This document shows, one piece after another, positions 54,733-63,134 of a stretch of 64,000 nt of DNA (positions are counted from its first letter, which is position 1; every line of letters begins with the position of its first letter). Both the position numbers and the translations under genes were made by a program. The notes beneath the pieces were generated by a model. The model did not search any database and was not told the DNA's origin. It saw only the letters and a list, made by a program, of their open reading frames with translations. This DNA is from Candidatus Methylomirabilia bacterium. Its GTDB lineage: Bacteria; Methylomirabilota; Methylomirabilia; Rokubacteriales; CSP1-6. The DNA lies in NCBI GenBank assembly GCA_041496385.1, contig JBGQEL010000012.1, positions 1 to 64,000 of the forward strand, read 5' to 3'.

Positions 54733-56411
54733 GCCTCACCCGGCGCGACCTGCTGACGGTCCTGGCCGTCGCGGCGGCGGCGGGGCTCGCGCCGCGCCGG
54801 CTCGAGGCGGCCGACGGTCCCGAACGGCTCCTCGAGGTCGAGCCGCTCGGCAACGTGACGCTGCTCCACCTCACGGATTCGCACGGGACGCTCCGGCCCG
54901 TGCACTACCGCGAGCCCGACACGCTCGTCGGCGTCGGCGCCGAGCGCGGGAAGGCGCCGTTCCTGACGGGCGCCGAGTTCCTGCGCGCGTATCACCTGGC
55001 GCCCGGCTCCGCCCTCGCCCACGCCTGCACGCATCTCGACTTCCCGGCGCTGGCGGCGCGCTACGGGCGGATGGGCGGCTATGCCCACCTCGCGACGCTC
55101 GCCGGCCGCGTGCGCGCCGAGCGGGCGGGGAAGACGCTGCTCCTCGACGGCGGCGACACCTGCCAGGGCTCGGCGACCGCGCTCTGGAGCCGCGGCGAGG
55201 ACATGATCCGCGCCGCGAACCAGCTCGGTGTCGAGGTGATGACGCCGCACTGGGAGTTCGTCTACGGGCTGGACCGGGTGCGCGAGCTCTTCGGCGAGGG
55301 CGAGCGGCGCGGCCTCTTCGCGGGCGACTTCGTCGCGCAGAACGTCACGCGCACGGGCTGGGGTGACCGCGTCTTCGCGCCGTACACGATCCGCGAGGCC
55401 GGCGGCGTGCGCATCGGGGTGATCGGCCAGGCGTTCCCGTACGTCCCGGTGTCGCATCCGCGACGCCTGGTGCCCGACCTGACGTTCGGCATCCAGGAGG
55501 GCCCGCTCCAGGCCCTCGTGGGGGAGGTGCGCGACGCGCGGCGCGTGGAGCTGGTCGTGCTCCTGTCGCACAACGGCATCGCCGTGGACCTGAAGCTCGC
55601 CGCCCGCGTCCAGGGGCTCGACGTCGTGCTGGGCGGCCACACCCACGACGCGCTCCCGGAGCCCATCGTCGTCGGGCGCACGCTCGTCGTGAACTCGGGC
55701 TCGCACGGCAAGTTCCTCTCGCGCCTGGACCTCGACGTGCGCCAGGGCCGCGTCGCGGGCTGGCGCTACCGGCTCCTCCCCGTGCTCGCCCGGTCCATCC
55801 CCGAGGATCCCGCGATGGCACGGCTCGTCGCCGAGCTGCGCCGGCCGTACGAGGCGACGCTCGCCGAGCCGCTCGCGGTCTCCGAGTCGCTGCTCTACCG
55901 CCGCGGCAACTTCAACGGCACCTTCGACGAGCTGATCCTCGACGCGCTCCTCCAGCGCTTCGACGCCGAGGTTGCCTTCTCACCGGGGTTCCGCTGGGGC
56001 CCGACGATCGTGCCCGGGCAGACGATCACGCGCGAGGACGTCTACGCCCACACGGCGCTCACGTACCCGAACACCTGGGCGCGCGCGATGACGGGCCGCG
56101 AGATCCTGGCGCTCATGGAGGACGTCGCCGACAACCTCTACCACCCCGATCCGTACTACCGGCAGGGCGGCGACATGCTGCGCGTCGGCGGCCTCACGTA
56201 CGCGATCGACCCGCAGGCGGCGATGGGCCGGCGGATCCGCGACGTCCGCGTCGGCGGCCGGACGCTCGAGGCGGAGCGGCAATACAAGGCCGCGGGCTGG
56301 GCGAGCCTCGGCGAGGCCGCGGGGCCGCCCGCGTGGGACGTCGTTGCTGCCCACCTGCGGGCGCTCGGGCGCGTCCGGCTCGACCCGCGGCCGCGCGTCC
56401 GCGTCCTGTGA
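54729..56411 (+). CDS. soxB: Thiosulfohydrolase SoxB; probable CTG start
   Basis: SLTRRDLL Tat motif, TDSHG, YREP, DGGDT, HWEF, LSHNG, GGHTHD, SPGFRWG, YYRQGGDM. Confidence 0.93.
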   Translation: MSLTRRDLLTVLAVAAAAGLAPRRLEAADGPERLLEVEPLGNVTLLHLTDSHGTLRPVHYREPDTLVGVGAERGKAPFLTGAEFLRAYHLAPGSALAHACTHLDFPALAARYGRMGGYAHLATLAGRVRAERAGKTLLLDGGDTCQGSATALWSRGEDMIRAANQLGVEVMTPHWEFVYGLDRVRELFGEGERRGLFAGDFVAQNVTRTGWGDRVFAPYTIREAGGVRIGVIGQAFPYVPVSHPRRLVPDLTFGIQEGPLQALVGEVRDARRVELVVLLSHNGIAVDLKLAARVQGLDVVLGGHTHDALPEPIVVGRTLVVNSGSHGKFLSRLDLDVRQGRVAGWRYRLLPVLARSIPEDPAMARLVAELRRPYEATLAEPLAVSESLLYRRGNFNGTFDELILDALLQRFDAEVAFSPGFRWGPTIVPGQTITREDVYAHTALTYPNTWARAMTGREILALMEDVADNLYHPDPYYRQGGDMLRVGGLTYAIDPQAAMGRRIRDVRVGGRTLEAERQYKAAGWASLGEAAGPPAWDVVAAHLRALGRVRLDPRPRVRVL

Positions 56412-56491
56412 TCCAGGCGCTCGCGCTGGCGCTCGTCGCGCTCGCCGCGGCCCCGGCGGCGGCGCAGGAGATCGATCTGCCCGGCCCCTAG
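56408..56491 (+). pseudogene. 27-aa signal-peptide-only ORF coupled to soxB
   Basis: GTGA overlap; VIQALALALVALAAAPAAA-QEIDLPGP*; shares CTAG with the LysR stop. Confidence 0.45.
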
Positions 56492-57405
56492 CCGCGCCGC
56501 CCGCGGGGCGGACCGCCGGCGTCCGAGAGCGCCGCGCGCAGCACGCCGAGCAGGGACCGCGCCTCCGGCGAGAGCGGCCGCTGCCGCGGGTGGATCACGT
56601 CGAGGCTCCGCGCGAGCGGCTCGGCGCCGACGATGTGGATCGCCACGAGCGAGCGCCGCCGGAGCTCCCGGCCGACGGCGAGGTGGGGCAGGAACGCGAA
56701 GCCGACCCCCCGCTCGACCATCTTCTTCGCCGTCTCGATCGTCTCGACCTCCAGCACCACGTTCGGCACGAGCCCCGCCCGGCGGAAGAGACCGTGGGTG
56801 AGCGTCCAGTCACTCGAACCCCGGTCGAAGAAGACGAGCCGCCGCTCGGCCACCTGCTCGAGCCGCGCCCGCCGCTCGCGCGGCGGCCACGAGGCCGGGC
56901 GCGCGACCAGGATGAGCGGATCGTCGCGCAGCGAGAGCGTCTCGACGTCGGGGTGGTGGAGCGAGCGCGCCAGCCCGACCTCCGCCTCGCCGCGCAACAC
57001 CATCTCGAGGACCTCCTTCGAGTGGCCCGAGCGCACCGTGATGAGCGTCTTCGGGTGCGCCGTCTGGAAGCGCTTGAGCACGTCGGGCAGCAGGTACGTG
57101 CAGATGGAGAGCACGGCCGCGATCTGGAGCGCGCCGCCCGCGGCCGGCCGGAGGTCGTGGACCGCCTGGCGGGCGAGCGCCACGGCCTGCAGGAGGTGCT
57201 CGGCGCGGGGCTTGAGTACGCGGCCCGCCGCCGAGAGCGCGAAGCCGTGCTTGCCGCGCTCGAAGAGCTTCACGCCGAGCGACGCCTCGAGCGACCGGAT
57301 CCGCGCGCTGACGGCGGGCTGGGTGAGGCGCAGCGCTTCGGCCGCGCGGCGGAAGCCGCCGAAGGTGCCGACGGCGAGGAACGCCTCGACCTGCGGGATC
57401 TCCAT
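56488..57405 (-). CDS. LysR family transcriptional regulator
   Basis: FRRAAEALRLTQPAVSARIRSLEASLGVKLFER HTH; substrate-binding domain. Confidence 0.95.
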   Translation of the reverse strand: MEIPQVEAFLAVGTFGGFRRAAEALRLTQPAVSARIRSLEASLGVKLFERGKHGFALSAAGRVLKPRAEHLLQAVALARQAVHDLRPAAGGALQIAAVLSICTYLLPDVLKRFQTAHPKTLITVRSGHSKEVLEMVLRGEAEVGLARSLHHPDVETLSLRDDPLILVARPASWPPRERRARLEQVAERRLVFFDRGSSDWTLTHGLFRRAGLVPNVVLEVETIETAKKMVERGVGFAFLPHLAVGRELRRRSLVAIHIVGAEPLARSLDVIHPRQRPLSPEARSLLGVLRAALSDAGGPPRGRRG

Positions 57406-57409
57406 GGCT

Positions 57410-57426
57410 GATAAATATATTTTATC
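57410..57426. promoter_or_regulatory. LysR T-N11-A binding box
   Basis: GATAA-N7-TTATC palindrome in the AT-rich divergent gap; TTGCTT-17 nt-CAAAGT at 57448-57476 downstream. Confidence 0.7.
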
Positions 57427-57536
57427 TCGCTTATAAAAACAATCACGTTGCTTTACCCGTCGCCGGCCGCCAAAGTGCTCTCACGCAACACGACGGGACA
57501 CGAGAAATTTCCGGAAACGACGAGGAGGAAACGACG

Positions 57537-57701
57537 ATGCCGACGACATGCGAGTGCGGGATGACGCTGGAGCTGCCGTCGAGCCGGACCGGCTGCCCGG
57601 AGTGCGGGACCGCCGGCTGCCGGAGCTGCTCGATCGAGATGGAGGCCACCCACTACTGCCGCTGGTGCGCGACGTCGCTCGCGCTCGGCCAGCCGGCCTG
57701 A
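57537..57701 (+). CDS. 54-aa cysteine-rich putative zinc-finger protein (absent from ORF track)
   Basis: GAGGAGG RBS; MPTTCECGMTLELPSSRTGCPECGTAGCRSCSIEMEATHYCRWCATSLALGQPA. Confidence 0.75.
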   Translation: MPTTCECGMTLELPSSRTGCPECGTAGCRSCSIEMEATHYCRWCATSLALGQPA

Positions 57702-57716
57702 GGAGGACACCGGACC

Positions 57717-58688
57717 GTGGAAAACATGGGACGCATCTTCCGCCAGCTGCTCCTGACCGAGCCGTACCTGTTCACCGGCGGCGTCTATGACCCGCTGGGC
57801 GCCCAGCTCGCCGAGCGCACGGGCATGAAGTCGATCTATCTCAGCGGGTATTCGATGGCGATGGCCAACGGCTGGCCGGACATGGGGTTCCTCACCCAGA
57901 CCGAGGTGACGCGCATCGCCTCGATGGTCGCGAGCGCGACGAGCCTGCCCATCATCGCCGACGCCGACGACGGCTACGGCAACGCGCTCTCCACGATCCG
58001 GACGGTGCAGGAGTACGTCAAGACGGGCGTCGCGGGCATCCACCTCGAGGACCAGGTGTTCCCCAAGCGCTGCGGCCACATCGCGGGCAAGACGATCGTG
58101 AGCTTCGAGGAGGCGCTGGGCAAGTACCGCGCCGCCGTCGACACGCGCAACCGGCTCGACCGCGACTTCGTCATCATCGCGCGGACGGACGCGTACGGCG
58201 CCGTCGGCGGGAGCATGGAGGAGGCGATCCGGCGTGGCCGCGCCTACGCCGACGCGGGCGTGGATCTCGTCTGGGCCGAGCTGTCGAACGCCTCGCGCGA
58301 GCCGGCGATCGCCTTCGCGAAGGCGATGCGCGAGACGCATCCCGCGCTGCCGCTGGCGTTCAACTACTCGTCCTCGTTCCGCTGGCACCAGGACCCGAAC
58401 CCGCTCAGCTTCAAGGAGCTCGGCGACCTGGGCTACAAGTTCATCTTCATCACGCTCTTCGCGGCGCACGCGGCGACGTACGCGGTGTGGAACGCCATGG
58501 AGGAGCTGGTGCGCGACCAGGAGCAGGCGCAGTGGCGGCTCGAGAAGACGAAGGTCGGGCACCCGACCGAGAGCCATCACGTGATGGCGCGAGTCGCCCA
58601 TTTCCAGGAGCTCGAGAAGCGGTACATTCCCGGCACCGCCGAGCGGATCAAGTCCTCGGCCGGCTTCGACGACAAGCGCCTGCACTAG
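57717..58688 (+). CDS. aceA: Isocitrate lyase (short type), ICL/PEP mutase superfamily
   Basis: YLSGYS, ADADDGYG, HLEDQ..KRCGHIAGK, ARTDA, LAFNYSSSFRW, LGYKFIFITL. Confidence 0.75.
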   Translation: MENMGRIFRQLLLTEPYLFTGGVYDPLGAQLAERTGMKSIYLSGYSMAMANGWPDMGFLTQTEVTRIASMVASATSLPIIADADDGYGNALSTIRTVQEYVKTGVAGIHLEDQVFPKRCGHIAGKTIVSFEEALGKYRAAVDTRNRLDRDFVIIARTDAYGAVGGSMEEAIRRGRAYADAGVDLVWAELSNASREPAIAFAKAMRETHPALPLAFNYSSSFRWHQDPNPLSFKELGDLGYKFIFITLFAAHAATYAVWNAMEELVRDQEQAQWRLEKTKVGHPTESHHVMARVAHFQELEKRYIPGTAERIKSSAGFDDKRLH

Positions 58689-58730
58689 CCCGCGGGGCCG
58701 GCTCCGTCTCTGAGCTAAGATAGGGCCACT

Positions 58731-59276
58731 GTGACGTCGACAGTGGCCCTATTGCTTTCCTGTCTCGCCCTCGTCGTCGCCGCGCCCGCCGCGTGCGCCG
58801 GCGGCGAGCGCCTCGACGATCTCGCGATCGACCTCCTGCTGGTCCCGCTCGTGCGCGACCCGGCGCCGTCGCTGGCGCTCGAGGCGATCGACGGGACCCG
58901 GGTCGCGCTCCACGAGCTGCGCGGCCGGCCGGTCCTCCTCTATTTCTGGGAGTCGACGTGACCGTACTGCGCGAGGGAGTTGCCCTCGACGATGGAGCGG
59001 GTCGGACGCGACTTCGGTCCGCGCGGGCTCGCGATCCTCGCGATCAATCTCGGCGAGGGCCGGGAGATCGTCGCGCGCTATGCGCGCGGGAAGGGGCTCA
59101 CGTCGACGGTGCTGCTGGATCTGACCGGCGTCGCCGGCCGGGCCTATCGGGTGACCGCCACGCCGACGGTCTTCGTCGTCGGTCGCGACGGGCGGCTCGT
59201 CGCCAAGGCGCTCGGCACGATGGAGTGGACCGGGCCCGCGGGTCGGGCCTTCCTCGAGGCGCTCGTCGAGCGGTGA
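58731..59276 (+). CDS. TlpA/ResA-like thioredoxin-fold selenoprotein (UGA 58959-61 read as Sec, UPYC)
   Basis: Two in-frame ORF fragments join as LLYFWEST-U-PYCARELP...ILAINL...ATPTVFVVGRDG; hairpin directly after the UGA. Confidence 0.8.
58962..58988 (+). promoter_or_regulatory. Candidate bacterial SECIS element
   Basis: Stem CGAGGG (58972-77)/CCCTCG (58983-88); loop AGTTG starts after a 16-nt spacer from the UGA, with G at loop position 2. Confidence 0.65.
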
Positions 59277-59301
59277 CCTCCACCAACCCCAGGGAGATCC
59301 G

Positions 59302-60507
59302 ATGGAACGCTTGATCCTGACGGGCGCCACGCTCATCGACGGCACCGGCGCCGAGCCCGTGCGCAACCGCGCGGTCGTAGTCGAGGACGGCCGCATCACA
59401 ATGGTCGGTCCCGACGGCGGCCGTTCCGCGGGGGCGACGACGCTCGATCTCCGCGGCCTCACGCTGCTGCCCGGCCTGATCAACTGCCACGTCCACTTCT
59501 GCCTCGGCGGCGAGGCCGACCCGTCGAAGGCGCTGGGCGAGGACGCGCCCGCGCTCCGCGCGATCAAGGCGGCGGTCCGCGCGCGCCAGACGGTCGAGGC
59601 CGGTGTCACGACGGTGCGCGACCTCGGCGGGCCCGACGGCGCCGCCCTCGCGGTCCGCGACGCCGCGCGCGCCGGGCTCATCCCCGGCCCGCGCGTGCTC
59701 GCCGCGGCGCGCGGCGTCTGCATGACCGGCGGCCACGGCTGGCGCTTCGGCCGCGAGGCCGACGGGCCCGACGACGTGCGTCGCGCGGTGCGTGAGCAGC
59801 TCAAAGCGGGCGCCGACGTCATCAAGATCTTCGCGACCGGCGGGGTGATGACGCCCGGCGTGGAGCCGGGCTCGCCGCAGCTCACGCCCGAGGAGATCCG
59901 CGCCGCCATCGAGGAGGCGCGCAAGGCGGGCCGGCGGACGGCGGCCCACGCCCAGGCAGAGGCCGGCATCGCCGCCTGCGTGGAGGCAGGCATCGCGTCC
60001 ATCGAGCATGGCATCTTCCTCACCGAGCCGATCGCCCGCGCGATGGCGCGCGACGGGATCGCGCTCGTCGCGACGCTGATCGCCCCCGAGCAGATCGTGA
60101 ACCACGGCGTCGCCGCCGGCATCCCCGAGTTCGCGGTGCGCAAGTCGGAGGCCGTGCGCGGGCGCCACTTCGAGAGCTTCCAGCTCGCGATTCGGCTCGG
60201 CGTGCCGATCGCGGCGGGCACCGACGCGGGCACGCCGCTGAACCCTCACGGCTCGATCGTGCCGGAGCTCGGCCTGATGGTGAAGGCCGGGATGGCGCCG
60301 CGCGACGTGATCCGCTCAGCGACGGCGACGGCCGCGCGCCTGCTCGGCCTCGAGCACGAGACCGGCCGCGTCGCGCCGGGCCTCGCCGCCGACCTCCTCG
60401 CCGTCGCCGGCGACCCCGGCGAGCGGATCGAGGCCCTCGACGACGTGCGGCTCGTGGTGGCCCGCGGCCGGGTCGTCGTGAATCGCCTGGCGGAGGCCGC
60501 GCGGTGA
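59302..60507 (+). CDS. Amidohydrolase family (prolidase-like)
   Basis: PGLINCHVH, GVTTVRDLG, TGGHG, IKIFATGG, AAHA, SIEHG, GTDAG. Confidence 0.9.
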   Translation: MERLILTGATLIDGTGAEPVRNRAVVVEDGRITMVGPDGGRSAGATTLDLRGLTLLPGLINCHVHFCLGGEADPSKALGEDAPALRAIKAAVRARQTVEAGVTTVRDLGGPDGAALAVRDAARAGLIPGPRVLAAARGVCMTGGHGWRFGREADGPDDVRRAVREQLKAGADVIKIFATGGVMTPGVEPGSPQLTPEEIRAAIEEARKAGRRTAAHAQAEAGIAACVEAGIASIEHGIFLTEPIARAMARDGIALVATLIAPEQIVNHGVAAGIPEFAVRKSEAVRGRHFESFQLAIRLGVPIAAGTDAGTPLNPHGSIVPELGLMVKAGMAPRDVIRSATATAARLLGLEHETGRVAPGLAADLLAVAGDPGERIEALDDVRLVVARGRVVVNRLAEAAR

Positions 60508-61082
60508 GCCACTTCTTCGCTTACCTCTCGCGCATGAAGCTCATCCGGCGATGGGGCCTGATGCACAGCGCCTATCCCGAGAGCGTCCAGGAGCACAGCC
60601 TGCGCGTCGCGCAGATCGCGCATGCCCTCGCGCTCATCCGCAACCGGCTCTTCGGCGGGCGGCTCGTGCCGGAGCGCGCCGCGACGCTCGCGCTCTACCA
60701 CGACGCCGGCGAGGTCCTGACCGGCGACCTGCCCACCCCCGTGAAGAACTTCAATCCCGAGATCAAGGCCGCGTATCACGGCATCGAGGGCGCCGCGCGA
60801 CAGAAGCTCCTCAGCATGCTCCCCGCCGCGCTCGCGGCCGACTACGCGCCGTTCCTCCAGCCCGGCGACGGGGACGGCGCGCACTGGGAGCTGGTTCGGG
60901 CCGCCGACAAGCTCTGCGCGTACGTCAAGTGCCTGGAGGAGCTCGGCGCCGGGAACCCGGAGTTCTCGGAGGCCGCGAAGACCATCAGAGCGGGGATCGA
61001 CGCGATCACGCTGCCGGAGGTCCGGTACTTCGTCGACACCTTCGTGCCGAGCTTCGGGCTGACCCTCGACGAGCTGCGCTAG
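60504..61082 (+). CDS. yfbR: HD-domain 5'-deoxynucleotidase
   Basis: SHFFAYLSRMKLIRRWGLM, EHSL, YHDAGEVLTGDLPTPVK, ADKLCAYVKCLEE. Confidence 0.9.
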   Translation: MSHFFAYLSRMKLIRRWGLMHSAYPESVQEHSLRVAQIAHALALIRNRLFGGRLVPERAATLALYHDAGEVLTGDLPTPVKNFNPEIKAAYHGIEGAARQKLLSMLPAALAADYAPFLQPGDGDGAHWELVRAADKLCAYVKCLEELGAGNPEFSEAAKTIRAGIDAITLPEVRYFVDTFVPSFGLTLDELR

Positions 61083-61102
61083 GGGCGGCGCCGGCCGCGC
61101 GC

Positions 61103-62285
61103 CTACGCGGGACGCGACGCGACGATCTCGGCGTAGAGCGCGGCCTGCCGGTAGAAGTGGCGGAGCACGTAGTGCTCGTTGATGTCGTGCTGCTGATTGT
61201 GGCTGTTCGCGGCCGGGATCCAGAGCGCGGGGATCCGTAGCGTCTCGGTGAAGACGTGGAGCGGCAGGGTGCCGCCGAGGATCGGCAGCGCGACGGGCTC
61301 GCCGTCGTCCTGCTGCTCGAGGAGCCGGAGGAGCCAGCCGAACTCCGGCCGCGCCGGCGAGGTATAGCTCGCCGGCTGGCCGGCCGTCGTGACGGTGAAC
61401 GTCACGCCGGGCGTCCGTCCCTGATGATCCGCCACCGCGCGCTCCACGACCTCGACCATCGCCGCCAGCGGCGTGTCGGGTGTGAGGCGGATGTCCAGGC
61501 GGGCCTCGACCGAGCGCGGGATGATCGTGCGCCGGAGCGTCGGCGACGCGCCGTCGGTCATGAGGTGATTCACGTTGACCGTCGGCCGCAGATACGGCGT
61601 CCAGGCCGCCTTGTCCTCCCACTTGGCGAAGACCCCGGTCGCCTCGCGGCGGAAGGCGTCGTGCCGCGCGGCGTAGTCTCCCACGCGGGTCTCGATGTCC
61701 TCGATGAGGCGCGCGAGCGGCAGCACCGGATTCGGCACGATGTTGCCGTAGTTGCCCGAGTGGACCGACGCGGGCTGGCCGTTGTCGGCGACGAGGTGCA
61801 CGCCGAGGAGGCCGCGCACGCCCATGACGAGGGTCGGCGCGTTCTGCTGCTTGGGCCCGTCGGACCCGATCAGCACGTCGGCGGCGAGCCGCGCGCGGTG
61901 GGCGCGGGCGATCGCGTCGAGGTGCGGGCTCCCGTGCTCCTCTTCGCCGTCGAGGATGATCTTGACGCGCCACTCCTGCCGGCCCGCCCGGACCGCGTCG
62001 AGCGCCCCGAGGACGTTCGCCAGGTGCTGCCCCTTGTTGTCGGCGCCGCCACGCGCGACCACGACGACCTCGTCGAGCGCCGCGTCGTCCAGCGTCGCCG
62101 GGTCCACGGGCCGGTCGCCGTGGAAGTAGGCCGGCTCGAAGGGCGCGACCGGCACGTCCTGCCAGCGCCACTTCGCGAGGTCGCCCGTGGGCCTCGTCCA
62201 CCATCGCGGGCGTCACCTGGCGGCTGATCGTCGCGATGCGGAGGTAGCGGTCGAGGAGGGCCAGGCGCTCGTGGCGGACGGACAT
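61103..62285 (-). pseudogene. M20/DapE-family peptidase with internal deletion and frameshift near 62192
   Basis: N-terminal MSVRHE...MVDE in one frame; PTGDLAKW...ARGGADNKG, GEEE, HSGNYG, QHDINE in another frame that is closed upstream; HxD motif missing. Confidence 0.7.
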
Positions 62286-62311
62286 GCGAGTGGCGGTAGT
62301 ATAGCGCCGCC

Positions 62312-63109
62312 GTGATAGCTCTCGCCGGACTCACGTCTCCCCGGGCCGCGCGGCTCGCGCGCGACCCGCGTGTCGTGGTGCTCCTACCGCTCGGGGCCAT
62401 CGAGCAGCACGGCCCGCACCTGCCTCTCGTCGTCGATCTGCTGGGGGCCGAGGAGCTCGCGCGCAGGATCGCGCCGCACCTCCGGCGCGCCGGCTTCCGT
62501 CCCGTGCTGGCCCCGGCCATCCCGTACGGCGTCAGCACGCTCGCCGTCGGCTGGCCGGGCACCGTGTCGCTGTCTGCCGGCACGCTCCGCCGGCTCATCG
62601 TCGAGGTCGTGCGGCAGCTCGCGGGCCACGGGTTCCGCCGCGTCGTCCTCACCAACTACCAGGCGGATCCCGACCATCTGCGCGCCATCGCCGCCGCGCG
62701 CCGCGAGCTCGGGCACCGCCGCGGATTGCGCGTGCTCGTGGCCGGCTTCGCGCCGGCGGGGCGCCGGAGCACGCCCATGGTCAACGCGCGCGTGCGAGCC
62801 CTCTTGAGGAGCCCGAATGCAGGGGCGGAGTGGCACGCGGGCGAGCTCGAGACGGCGATGGTCCTGGCGGTTGACAGGCGGCTCGTCCGGCAAGGTCTCG
62901 TGCGGCGCCTGCCGCCGTGCTGGGTCGACGTCGGCGGGGCACTCGCGCGCGGCGCGCGGAACTTTCGCCAGATCGCCCCCGGCGGCCGGGGCTACTTCGG
63001 CTGGCCACGCGCCGCGCGCGCGACGACCGGACGGAAGGCGATGGTGCTGCGCGGGCGCCTGATCGCCCGCGAGCTCGTCCGCGCGCTCGGAAAGCCCCGC
63101 CGTCCTTGA
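62312..63109 (+). CDS. Creatininase family amidohydrolase
   Basis: LPLGAIEQHGPHLP..D, PGTVSL, HAGELET, GYFG. Confidence 0.85.
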   Translation: MIALAGLTSPRAARLARDPRVVVLLPLGAIEQHGPHLPLVVDLLGAEELARRIAPHLRRAGFRPVLAPAIPYGVSTLAVGWPGTVSLSAGTLRRLIVEVVRQLAGHGFRRVVLTNYQADPDHLRAIAAARRELGHRRGLRVLVAGFAPAGRRSTPMVNARVRALLRSPNAGAEWHAGELETAMVLAVDRRLVRQGLVRRLPPCWVDVGGALARGARNFRQIAPGGRGYFGWPRAARATTGRKAMVLRGRLIARELVRALGKPRRP

Positions 63110-63134
63110 CGCTAACGGCGCGGCGCGTTAGAGT
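63106..63134 (+). promoter_or_regulatory. sigma70 promoter for aconitase with an overlapping dyad
   Basis: TTGACG-17 nt-TAGAGT; CTAACG (63112-17)/CGTTAG (63126-31) inverted repeat. Confidence 0.6.

Noticed and set aside
57548..57790. 80-aa ORF from the track in the LysR-aceA gap
   Set aside because: It overlaps aceA and lacks an RBS. The 57537-57701 frame has a strong RBS and an ordered Cys pattern.
57717..58688. PEP mutase that would complete a phosphonate pathway with the decarboxylase
   Set aside because: It has EDQ..KRCGH rather than the PepM EDKxxxxxNS motif.
62312..63109. Creatininase as mycofactocin MftE or a RiPP peptidase
   Set aside because: No precursor peptide, MftB or MftC-type radical SAM nearby.
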